A stretch of 64,000 nt of DNA, taken from contig JAXGYC010000008.1 of assembly GCA_040772485.1 (NCBI GenBank), forward strand, positions 575,891 through 639,890, written 5' to 3'. Shown here piece by piece: positions 18,166 to 29,936 of the stretch. The position numbers and the translations under genes were made by a program. Under the pieces are notes generated by a model. That model worked only from the letters and a program-made list of their open reading frames with translations. It was not told the origin of the DNA and ran no database searches. Position 1 is the stretch's first letter. Each line of letters starts with the position of its first letter. This DNA comes from Sedimentisphaerales bacterium. Lineage in GTDB: Bacteria; Planctomycetota; Phycisphaerae; Sedimentisphaerales; Anaerobacaceae.

Positions 18166-19545
18166 TCACCTTTGATATCCCTTTATCAGTCGCTGAACGA
18201 CAGTCTCCAGCCGGGCCGCACGTGAGCCCTTGACCAGAATTATGTCGTATTCCGTTATGATCCTCTCCAGATTATCACAAAGAGAAGCGGTGTCGTCAAA
18301 ACAAACTGTCCGCAGATCGTGTGTCGCGGCCTCGCGGGCGGCTTCGGCAGTGGTTCTCGTTGCCTCCCCGACGGCAAGGAGCAGGTCCACACCCACGCGG
18401 GCCACCTCGCGCCCGAGTTCGGCGTGCAGCGCTTCACTCTGCGCCCCGAGTTCGGCCATGTGTCCGCAGACGAAGACCGTGCGACGCTTCGCACCCGCCT
18501 CGGCACGCAGACCGGCGAGGATCGCCAAGGCGTTCTTCATCGAGGCCGGGCTGGCGTTGTAGCAGTCGTTCAGCACGGTCAGCGTGCCGAGCTGCAGTGG
18601 TTCGGCTCGCATCGCCACGCCGGATAGCGTTCGCACCGCCTGCGCGAAGTCCTCCACAGTCAGACCGAACTGCCTGCACACGGCCCAGGCGGCCAGAGCG
18701 TTCTCGACATTGCCCGGCCCGGGCAGCGGCAGCTCGACGGGCGTGCCGTCGATGACAAACCGGCTGGTCAGACCGTGATGGGCGATTCGCTCAGCGCGGT
18801 AATCTGCGCCGGGCGACCTTCCGAACGTGCGGAAGGGCCTGCCGAGGCTGCGGCAGGCGGCCGTCAGGATCTCCATGTCGCCGTTGACGATGAAGACGCC
18901 GTCGTCGGCCAGGCCCTGCACGATCGCGGTCTTCTCTCGGACAATCGTGTCGAGACTGCCAAAGCCCGCCAGGTGGGCCGGGTGGACGTTCGTCACCGCC
19001 GCCACGTTCGGCTGCGCGATTCGCGTCAGGTATGCGATCTCGCCCAGTTGGTTGGCGCCCAGCTCCGCAACGATCACCTCATCGTCGGGCTGGGCGTCCA
19101 GCAGCGTCAGAGGCAAGCCGATGGTGTTGTTGAAATTCTTCTGTGCCTGGTGCGTCCGAAAATGTCGGCCCAGAACATGGTGAACGATCTGTCGGGTGGT
19201 GGTCTTGCCGACAGAACCGGTGATGGCGACCACCTTGAAAGCGTGCATCCTGCGGTACTCGCGCGCCAGATCGCCCAAGGCGATGATCGTGTCTCTGACC
19301 TTGAGCAAAGGGCCGGGGGCCTCGACGTCGCGGCTGACCACGGCGCAGGCCGCGCCCCTCGCGAGCGCAGCAGCGACGTGGTCGTGTCCGTCGAACCGCT
19401 CGCCCGGCAGGGCGAAGAAACAGTCACCCGCCTTCGTCGTCCGCGAGTCCGTGCTGATTCCCGTGATGGATAGCCGGCCCCAATCGCCTGGCGCGATCGG
19501 CGCGTTCAGGATTCGGCCCACGGTCTCGATGGAAAACTGTTTCAT
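18166..19545 (-). CDS. murF: UDP-MurNAc-tripeptide D-Ala-D-Ala ligase
   Basis: TDSR, AITGSVGKTTT, NFNNTIGLP, NDCYNASP, GHMAELG and LVKGSR; ATG overlaps the murE stop. Confidence 0.95.
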   Translation of the reverse strand: MKQFSIETVGRILNAPIAPGDWGRLSITGISTDSRTTKAGDCFFALPGERFDGHDHVAAALARGAACAVVSRDVEAPGPLLKVRDTIIALGDLAREYRRMHAFKVVAITGSVGKTTTRQIVHHVLGRHFRTHQAQKNFNNTIGLPLTLLDAQPDDEVIVAELGANQLGEIAYLTRIAQPNVAAVTNVHPAHLAGFGSLDTIVREKTAIVQGLADDGVFIVNGDMEILTAACRSLGRPFRTFGRSPGADYRAERIAHHGLTSRFVIDGTPVELPLPGPGNVENALAAWAVCRQFGLTVEDFAQAVRTLSGVAMRAEPLQLGTLTVLNDCYNASPASMKNALAILAGLRAEAGAKRRTVFVCGHMAELGAQSEALHAELGREVARVGVDLLLAVGEATRTTAEAAREAATHDLRTVCFDDTASLCDNLERIITEYDIILVKGSRAARLETVVQRLIKGYQR

Positions 19546-21002
19546 CCCCGTCCCCTGAGGCACTCTCGGGCGACCTCCTGATCGCTGAAGTGGATCTTCT
19601 CGGCGCCGATGATCTGATACGTTTCGTGTCCCTTGCCGGCGATCAGGACGATGTCGCGGGGCCTGGCCTGGGCGATGGCCAGCTCGATGGCCTTTTTGCG
19701 GTCGGGCTCGACGGTTACCGTCGCTTGTCGCTCGTCGCTCGTCGCTCGCCGAACCTCGGCGGGGTCGAAGCCGGCGACGACGTCGGCGATGATCGCATTC
19801 GGGTCTTCGGTGCGCGGGTTGTCGCTGGTGACGATCGCGATGTCGGCCAGATGTTGGGCGACCTTCGCCATACGAGGGCGTTTGGTCTTGTCGCGGTCGC
19901 CGCCGCAGCCGAAGACCACGACGAGCCGGCCCTTGCAGAGGGGCTTGAGCGTCGTCAGAACGTTGTGCAGGGCGTCGTCGGTGTGCGCGAAATCGACGAG
20001 GACAGAGAACTCGTCGCCGCCGACCTTCTCCAGGCGACCGGGGATGGTCTTCAACGAGGACAATCCCGCCGCAACGGTGTCCAGATCGAACCCGGCGGCC
20101 AGGCAAAGCCCCGCGGCAGCCAGATGATTTGCGACATTATAGGCCCCGAGCAAGGGAGTGACCACACGAGCCTTCCGCCCGTGGTGTTCGAGTGTGAACC
20201 TCGCACCTTCGACCGTCATCGACTCGACGTGCGCGGTGATATCGGCCGGCTCATCGACGGCAAACCACCAGATGCGGGCCCGGGTCTGCGTGGCGATGGC
20301 GCGGGCTTCCTGCGTCTGCTTGTTCAGCACGGCGGTCGCGCCCGGAGCAAGCTCGGAGAACAGGCGCATCTTGGCGGCCAGGTAGTTGTCTTTGGTCTTG
20401 TGGTAGTCGAGGTGGTCGCCTGTGAGGTTGGTGAACGCGGCGGCCTGGAACTCGATGCCCGCCAGGCGGTCCTGATCCAGGGCGTGGCTGCTGGCCTCGA
20501 TCACCATGTACTCGGCGCCCGCTTCGACCATGTCCTGCTGCATCCGGGCGATGGTCAGCGTATCCGGCGTCGTCAGCGAGGCGGGCGTGACGCCCGAGCC
20601 GGTGTCGTACACAACAGTGCCCATGAGGCCGCACCGCTTGCCGGCATGTCGGACGCACGCGTGTACGAGAAAGGCGACGGTCGTCTTGCCGTTGGTCCCG
20701 GTCACTGCCAGATTCGTCAGCTTCGAGGCCGGCCGGCCATGGCTTGCCTGGGCCAGCAGTCCGGCCGCCCGGGCCGAGTTCTCCACCACCACGGTCGTGG
20801 CCGCCGACGAAGAGTGGTTGGGCTTCTGGCAGACGATGTACCCGGCGCCGTTGGCGACGGCCTGGTCGATGAACTTGTGACCATCCGCGGCGCTGCCGGC
20901 GATGGCGACGAACACGTCGCCTGGCCGCACCAGGCGCGAGTCGGTGCGAACGCCGGGAGGGACATCGCCGGAGACCACTGCCAGCAATTCGTCAAATGTC
21001 AT
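19542..21002 (-). CDS. murE: UDP-MurNAc-dipeptide meso-DAP ligase
   Basis: VTGTNGKTT, EASSH, DHLDYH, DFAHT, FGCGGDRD, DNPR (DAP-type) and AGKGHE. Confidence 0.96.
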   Translation of the reverse strand: MTFDELLAVVSGDVPPGVRTDSRLVRPGDVFVAIAGSAADGHKFIDQAVANGAGYIVCQKPNHSSSAATTVVVENSARAAGLLAQASHGRPASKLTNLAVTGTNGKTTVAFLVHACVRHAGKRCGLMGTVVYDTGSGVTPASLTTPDTLTIARMQQDMVEAGAEYMVIEASSHALDQDRLAGIEFQAAAFTNLTGDHLDYHKTKDNYLAAKMRLFSELAPGATAVLNKQTQEARAIATQTRARIWWFAVDEPADITAHVESMTVEGARFTLEHHGRKARVVTPLLGAYNVANHLAAAGLCLAAGFDLDTVAAGLSSLKTIPGRLEKVGGDEFSVLVDFAHTDDALHNVLTTLKPLCKGRLVVVFGCGGDRDKTKRPRMAKVAQHLADIAIVTSDNPRTEDPNAIIADVVAGFDPAEVRRATSDERQATVTVEPDRKKAIELAIAQARPRDIVLIAGKGHETYQIIGAEKIHFSDQEVARECLRGRG

Positions 21003-21293
21003 GCTCGTATGTTCCCTGCCTGCAACGGCGCAGACGAACCTAACTGCTGTGAGAGAGCCATTTTACGTTGAACGCATCGAAGGTGCAACGGCACGCCGCC
21101 GGTGGTCGAAAAGCGCAAACCTTCACCCGCTATACCTATCGGCATGCGACGCGATTTGGGATGAAAAACAACGCGCCTGCTCGTACAATCGGCAGGGCGC
21201 GGCGAACATGCTGCGGCGCGACCGGTATGGAACAGGGAATCGAATGACAAGCTCAAGCTTTGTCGGCAATGTCTCGGGAGGAATACGACAGCC

Positions 21294-22769
21294 ATGAAGA
21301 AGACGCTAACGATCGTTCTGCTGCTTGCGGCATGCTGCTCGCCTGCGTGGGCGGCGGAAGAGACGGAGTACTTCGCGGTCTTCATGCAGGGCAAGAAGGT
21401 GGGCCACGCGGCGTACACGCGATCCGTTGAGGGCGAGCGGGTCACGACGAGCGAGGACGTGAGCATCACGATCAGCCGCCTTGGCATTCCGCTGACGGTC
21501 CGCATGACCGACATCACCGTGGAAACCACGACGGGCAGGCCGCTGAGCTTCGAATCGATCCAGGTGCTCGGCACCATGACGGTGATCAAGGTCACCGGCA
21601 CGGTCGGCAGCGACGGCGTGGTCAAGCTGGTCAGCACCTCGATGGGGGCCGAGCAGAAGACCACGATGGACTGGCCCGACGGCGCGGTCATGTCCGAGGG
21701 CCTGCGTCTGGTGACGCTCGAGAAGGGCCTTACGCCCGGTTCCGAGTACCGCGTGAAGATCTTCAACCCCTCCGTCACACAGGCCCTCGACGCGGTTGTT
21801 TCCATCGGTTCCAAGCGGGAGGTGGATCTGCTCGGCCGGGTCGTGAAGCTCACCGAGGTCACCAGCACGCTGGCCATGCCCGGCTCCGGCCCGATCACCA
21901 GCACCAGTTACGTCGACGACGACATGCAGGCGCTGAAGAACACCATGTCCATCGCGGGCATGAACGTGGACATGATCGCCTGCCCCAAGGAATTCGCGCT
22001 GGGCGAGAACGACGTGCTGGAACTGATCAACACGATGTTCGTCGCGAGCCCGACGCCGCTGGGCAACCCGCGCAGCGCGTCGGCGATCACCTATTGGCTG
22101 GCTCCCAGCGGCAGCGAGGAGTTCACGATCCCCACGACGGACAACCAGACGGCTGAACGGCTCGACGGCGGCCAGGTCAAGCTCGTAATCCGGCCGGTGG
22201 CGGCGCCGGAAGGCGGGGCGTTCCCCTATGAAGGCAGCGACCCGGCGTTGCTGGAGGCGGTCAAGCCGACGCGATACCTCCAGAGCGACCGCAAGGAGGT
22301 CGTCGAGCTTGCACGCAAGGCCATCGGCGACACGAAGGACCCGGCGGAGGCGGTCCGGCGGATCGAAGCGTTCGTCGCCGACTACATCGAGGACAAGAGT
22401 CTGTCGGTGGGCTATGCATCGGCGGCCGAAGTGGCGGCCAGCCGCCAGGGAGACTGCTCGGAATTCGCCGTGCTGACTGCCGCGCTGTGCCGGGCGGTGG
22501 GCATCCCCGCCCAGGTCGTCGTCGGAATCGCCTACGTGGAGGACTTCGCCGGCCACGAGGGTTTCGGGGGCCACGCCTGGACGCAGGCCTGGGTTGCAGG
22601 CAAATGGGTCGGCCTCGATGCGGCATTCAAGAGCAGCGGTCGCGGCGGACACGACCCCGGACACATCGCCCTGGCCGTCGGAAACGGAGACCCCACCGAC
22701 TTCTTCAACATGGCCGGCGCCCTGGGCCGATTCCGAATCGAACGCCTCGAGGTGCAAGAGGGGAATTAG
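21294..22769 (+). CDS. Secreted transglutaminase-like domain protein
   Basis: Signal peptide; GDCSEFAVLTAALCRAVGIPA, HAWTQ and LD (Cys-His-Asp triad). Confidence 0.85.
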   Translation: MKKTLTIVLLLAACCSPAWAAEETEYFAVFMQGKKVGHAAYTRSVEGERVTTSEDVSITISRLGIPLTVRMTDITVETTTGRPLSFESIQVLGTMTVIKVTGTVGSDGVVKLVSTSMGAEQKTTMDWPDGAVMSEGLRLVTLEKGLTPGSEYRVKIFNPSVTQALDAVVSIGSKREVDLLGRVVKLTEVTSTLAMPGSGPITSTSYVDDDMQALKNTMSIAGMNVDMIACPKEFALGENDVLELINTMFVASPTPLGNPRSASAITYWLAPSGSEEFTIPTTDNQTAERLDGGQVKLVIRPVAAPEGGAFPYEGSDPALLEAVKPTRYLQSDRKEVVELARKAIGDTKDPAEAVRRIEAFVADYIEDKSLSVGYASAAEVAASRQGDCSEFAVLTAALCRAVGIPAQVVVGIAYVEDFAGHEGFGGHAWTQAWVAGKWVGLDAAFKSSGRGGHDPGHIALAVGNGDPTDFFNMAGALGRFRIERLEVQEGN

Positions 22770-22812
22770 TGGTCGTACGCAGGGTCACCCGTGGCACCTG
22801 ACCAGCATTGCC

Positions 22813-23151
22813 CTATTCAGCCAACAGGTTCTCGACGGCCTGCTGTAGCGCCGGAAGGTGCGTGCGTATAGCATCCCAGACGAGTTCAGGATCGACGATG
22901 TCATAGCCATGACTGATGACGTTTCTGAAGCCGATGATCCGCTGATATGCAGGGACCGCTTCGAGCAATGAGGGATCCAAACGCTTGAGTCGGCTGAGAG
23001 CTTCACCGATGATCTCGAATTTGCGCTCTACGGCTGCCTGCACCATCCCATCGGCGCTGTATCTCTCGTAGGTCATGCCTCGCGTGAAGTCCTGGATCTT
23101 CCGGGAGGCCTCCGCGACATCGAACAGACATTTCCTCGCTTCAAGCTGCAT
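22813..23151 (-). CDS. hepT: HepT-like (DUF86) RNase toxin
   Basis: AVERKFEIIGEA and RNVISHGY (Rx4HxY motif). Confidence 0.88.
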   Translation of the reverse strand: MQLEARKCLFDVAEASRKIQDFTRGMTYERYSADGMVQAAVERKFEIIGEALSRLKRLDPSLLEAVPAYQRIIGFRNVISHGYDIVDPELVWDAIRTHLPALQQAVENLLAE

Positions 23152-23440
23152 AGAGGTTTCTTCTGCTGCGCTCGATACTCATCCTGAAGTAGGGGTTCTT
23201 GACAGTCTCCTCGATAACCACATCCACATGCCGTCCGAGAATCTGCTCGAGTCCGTCTTTCAGATCGAAGTAGCGCTCGAAGAGCCTTCCCGCGTCGCGG
23301 TCGAAACGTACAAGCACATCCACATCGCTCTCCGCACGGAACGTATCTCCCGTCGCGGAGCCGAAGACATCCAACCGGCTCACTTTCAAACGCTCGCACA
23401 CCTCCGCGATGGCAGGCCTGAACCGCTCCATGTCAAACAT
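23141..23440 (-). CDS. mntA: MntA-like nucleotidyltransferase antitoxin
   Basis: VFGSATGDTFRAESDVDVLV (GS-x10-DxD), LGRHVDVV and KNPYF; overlaps hepT. Confidence 0.88.
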   Translation of the reverse strand: MFDMERFRPAIAEVCERLKVSRLDVFGSATGDTFRAESDVDVLVRFDRDAGRLFERYFDLKDGLEQILGRHVDVVIEETVKNPYFRMSIERSRRNLYAA

Positions 23441-23676
23441 CGCACGACTCCTTCGCCGTTTACCGGCGTCGAGTGCTTCCGCCGGACCCGCCGCTCACGC
23501 GCCGTCCGCCATATGATAGTCCGACGCCACGCGATTATCGCACAACTCCAGTGGAAACGCAACAGCCACAGCCACACATCGAGCGCTGCGACTGGCCCGG
23601 TGCGTGATCCCCATCTGCGCGCAGGCAATGCAGAGTCGTCTGACGGCACCCTGCCACTCTGGTTCCGAGGTGAGGA

Positions 23677-25428
23677 TCACTCGAACTGGACGTCGAGGGC
23701 GATGAATTCGACGTTGCTGTTGCCGTTGTAGTGGTTGATCTGGGCCTCGAAGGCGACGTTGAAGAACTCCTTTTCGAGCATCTTCTTTTCGAGGTGGCCC
23801 ATGCGGAATCCGACGCAGCGTGCGGCGCCGGTGTTGTCGCTGATGGTGAACTGGAGATGGTCGCTCTTGGCACCGACGCGTCGTGGCGTGGCGGCCAGCC
23901 GCACACCCTTGGCCGCGAAGACCGGCTTGGGATTGCCCTGCCCGAACGGGCCCAGCAGGTTCAGTTGCTCGACCGCCTCGCGCGTGAACTGCCTCAGCGG
24001 AGCGAGCGCATCGATGTGGAGCTTGGCGACGACGTCGGCTTCGTGCAGGTGGTCGGCGGCGTAAGCCTCGAAGGCGGCGGCGAAGTCGTCGATCCGCTCC
24101 GGCTGGATCGTCAGGCCCGCCGCCATCGTGTGACCGCCGAACGTCGCCAAGTGGGCTGAGCAGGCCCTGATCGCGCTGAGCAGGCAGAAGCCGGGGATCG
24201 AGCGAGCCGAGCCTTGGGCGGCGCCGTTCTCGCCGGGCGCCGCGTTGATCATGACCGTGGGCCGATAGTATCTATCGACCATCCGCGACGCGACGATGCC
24301 GAGCACGCCGGTGTGCCAGCCCTCGGCGGCCAGGACGATGCTGCGCCGGTCGGGATGGTTGAGCCCCCTCTGCACGACCATGTCGCAGGCCTCCTTGACG
24401 ATCTTCTTCTCGCACTGCTGGCGTTGGGTGTTCTGGTCCTTGAGGTACTCGGCGATCTGCATGGCCCGCAGGTCGTTGGTGCTGGTCATCAGCTCGACCG
24501 CCAGGCGGGCGTGGCCCATGCGTCCGGCGGCGTTGAGCATCGGCGCCAGGCGAAAGCCGATGGCGTAGCTGTCCAAGCCCTGCCCGGTCAGTCCGGCCGA
24601 GGCGATCAGCGCGCGAAGCCCACACAGCTTGCTCTCGGGCAGCGACCGCAGTCCGAAACTGGTCAGGATGCGGTTCTCGCCTCGCAGGTCAACCACGTCC
24701 GCGACGGTGCCGATGGCCGCCAGGCTGGTGGCGTTGAGCATGAACTCGCGCAGCTTCGGTTCGAGTCGCGGTCCGCGACTGAACTCATCGGCCAGCGCCC
24801 AGGCGAGCTTGTAGGCGACCATCGCTCCGGCCGAGTCCTGGTTGGGATACGACGCCTCCAGGACCGGATGCACGATGGCGACCGACTCGGGCAGCGTTGC
24901 TTCGGGCGTGTGGTGATCGGTGACGATCAGGTCCATTCCGAGCGCGTGGGCCTGGGCGGCGGCCTCGATCGCGGTGATGCCGCAATCGACCGTTACCAGC
25001 AGGTTCGTGCCGGACTGGGCCAGCGAACGCACCGCGTCGATGTTCAGGCCGTAGCCTTCGTCGATCCGATGCGGAATGTAGAAATCGACCGTCGCGCCCA
25101 GCAGCGTCAACAGCTCCCACAGGATCGAGACGCCCGTGATGCCGTCGACGTCGTAGTCGCCGTAGAGGGTGATCTTCTGTTTGCTCTCGATGGCCTGCCG
25201 GATTCGCCGCACCGCCGGCTCGATGCCGGGCATCTTGTCCGGGCGAATCAACTCGGTGAGCTTGGGACGAAGGAAGACGCTGCCGTCGCCGGCTTCGGTG
25301 ATCCCCCGATTGAGCAGGACCTGCGCCACCAGGGGCGAGACCCTCAGCGATTGGGCCAGCGGCGCGACCCGCTGGTCGGTCGGCCGGACCACCCATTCAT
25401 TCTTCTGCGTCCTTGCGGATAACAGCAT
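23677..25428 (-). CDS. recJ: Single-stranded-DNA exonuclease RecJ
   Basis: YGDYDVDG, TVDCG, TDHH, NAAGR, GSARS, GGH and PFGQGNP. Confidence 0.96.
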   Translation of the reverse strand: MLLSARTQKNEWVVRPTDQRVAPLAQSLRVSPLVAQVLLNRGITEAGDGSVFLRPKLTELIRPDKMPGIEPAVRRIRQAIESKQKITLYGDYDVDGITGVSILWELLTLLGATVDFYIPHRIDEGYGLNIDAVRSLAQSGTNLLVTVDCGITAIEAAAQAHALGMDLIVTDHHTPEATLPESVAIVHPVLEASYPNQDSAGAMVAYKLAWALADEFSRGPRLEPKLREFMLNATSLAAIGTVADVVDLRGENRILTSFGLRSLPESKLCGLRALIASAGLTGQGLDSYAIGFRLAPMLNAAGRMGHARLAVELMTSTNDLRAMQIAEYLKDQNTQRQQCEKKIVKEACDMVVQRGLNHPDRRSIVLAAEGWHTGVLGIVASRMVDRYYRPTVMINAAPGENGAAQGSARSIPGFCLLSAIRACSAHLATFGGHTMAAGLTIQPERIDDFAAAFEAYAADHLHEADVVAKLHIDALAPLRQFTREAVEQLNLLGPFGQGNPKPVFAAKGVRLAATPRRVGAKSDHLQFTISDNTGAARCVGFRMGHLEKKMLEKEFFNVAFEAQINHYNGNSNVEFIALDVQFE

Positions 25429-25510
25429 CTAACCCACACGCCCAACAGTCGCGATTGAAAGCGATATCCCGGCGCCCCTTATATCACAACGCACGTCCCC
25501 TCTCAAGCGG

Positions 25511-25538
25511 GTCGGGGCGAATGACGATTCGCCCCGAC
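25511..25538. repeat. REP family 2 hairpin (may also terminate the GH2 gene)
   Basis: GTCGGGGCGAATGACGATTCGCCCCGAC; similar to 63042 and 63913. Confidence 0.7.
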
Positions 25539-25550
25539 GAAGGCCGCGCA

Positions 25551-28799
<3,249 letters not shown>

Positions 28800-28938
28800 T
28801 CACGGCACACGGCCAAGCGGGCCTCCGTCCGCCGCGCGTCCGCAAGGCGGACGGACCGCGGGAAAGACGCCGTTGGCCGACGTCCATGGGATCAAGGTAT
28901 ACCACTTCAAGGGGAATTCTGCAACCTTGCGATAGCGC

Positions 28939-29050
28939 GTGGCAGCCTCAAACGCGCAGCGTTTGGGGATGGTGGCCTTGGTGGCTCGCGGAGACCAGAA
29001 AGTGCCCAATGCGAAACCATCCCCAAGCTCTTCGAGCTTGAGGCTGCCAC
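28939..29050. repeat. REP-like family 3 inverted doublet
   Basis: GTGGCAGCCTCAAACGCGCAGCGTTTGGGGATGGT ... ACCATCCCCAAGCTCTTCGAGCTTGAGGCTGCCAC; related copy at 55791-55844. Confidence 0.75.
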
Positions 29051-29191
29051 ACACGGCTCTATCCACGTGCAATCAGCCTCGCCCTGAAACCTGCAAAGAC
29101 TCGCCGAACCGGCGATCCGGCATCAGTGCTTCTGTTTCGGGACCTCTTCCTTTATAATTAGCCCTGAAGAGGACTTCGTTGAGGTACCGCG

Positions 29192-29923
29192 ATGGGCAGC
29201 CGTTTGAAGGACAAGGTGGCGATCGTGACCGGGGCCAGCCGGGGCATCGGCCGGGCGATCGGCGTGGCCCTGGCCGGCGAGGGGGCGACCGTGGTCCTGG
29301 CGGGCCGGGCCGAGGCCGATCTGGGCGAGACGGCTCAGCGCATCCGCCAGGTCGGAGGCACGCCGGAAATCGTCCCCACGGAACTGACCGAAGAACAGTC
29401 CATCCAAAACCTCGTGGCCAAGACTTCCGAGCGCTTCGGGCAGCTCGACGTCCTTGTCAACAACGCGGGTATCACGCATTCGGCGCCGCTGGAACAGACG
29501 CGGACGGAGGACCTGGATCGCTGCTGGGCGGTCAACGCCCGGGCGCCGTTTCTGCTGTGCCGCGAGGCGCTGCCCCTGCTCCGCAAGGCCGCGCGGGCGA
29601 CCATCGTCAACATCTCCTCGGTCGTCGGGGTCAAGGGCTATCCGCTCCAGAGCGCCTACACCGCTTCGAAGCACGCCGTTCGCGGGATGAGCATCGCCCT
29701 GGCGGAAGAGCTTCGCGGCTCCGGCGTCCGCGTCCACGTGATCTGCCCGGGGGCAGCGGACACAGAAATGGTCAGCCGCGTTCGTCCTGACATCAATAAG
29801 GTTGAACTTATCGGACCGGACGAGATCGCCGAGCTGGTGCTCTATCTCGTCACGCATCAAGGCAACGCGGTCGTCGACGAGCTGCACATCCGCCGTGCGA
29901 CGGCAGCCCCCTGGTTTGGTTGA
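29192..29923 (+). CDS. SDR family oxidoreductase
   Basis: TGASRGIG, NNAG, NISS and YTASK. Confidence 0.92.
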   Translation: MGSRLKDKVAIVTGASRGIGRAIGVALAGEGATVVLAGRAEADLGETAQRIRQVGGTPEIVPTELTEEQSIQNLVAKTSERFGQLDVLVNNAGITHSAPLEQTRTEDLDRCWAVNARAPFLLCREALPLLRKAARATIVNISSVVGVKGYPLQSAYTASKHAVRGMSIALAEELRGSGVRVHVICPGAADTEMVSRVRPDINKVELIGPDEIAELVLYLVTHQGNAVVDELHIRRATAAPWFG

Positions 29924-29936
29924 GAGGACAGATCGA

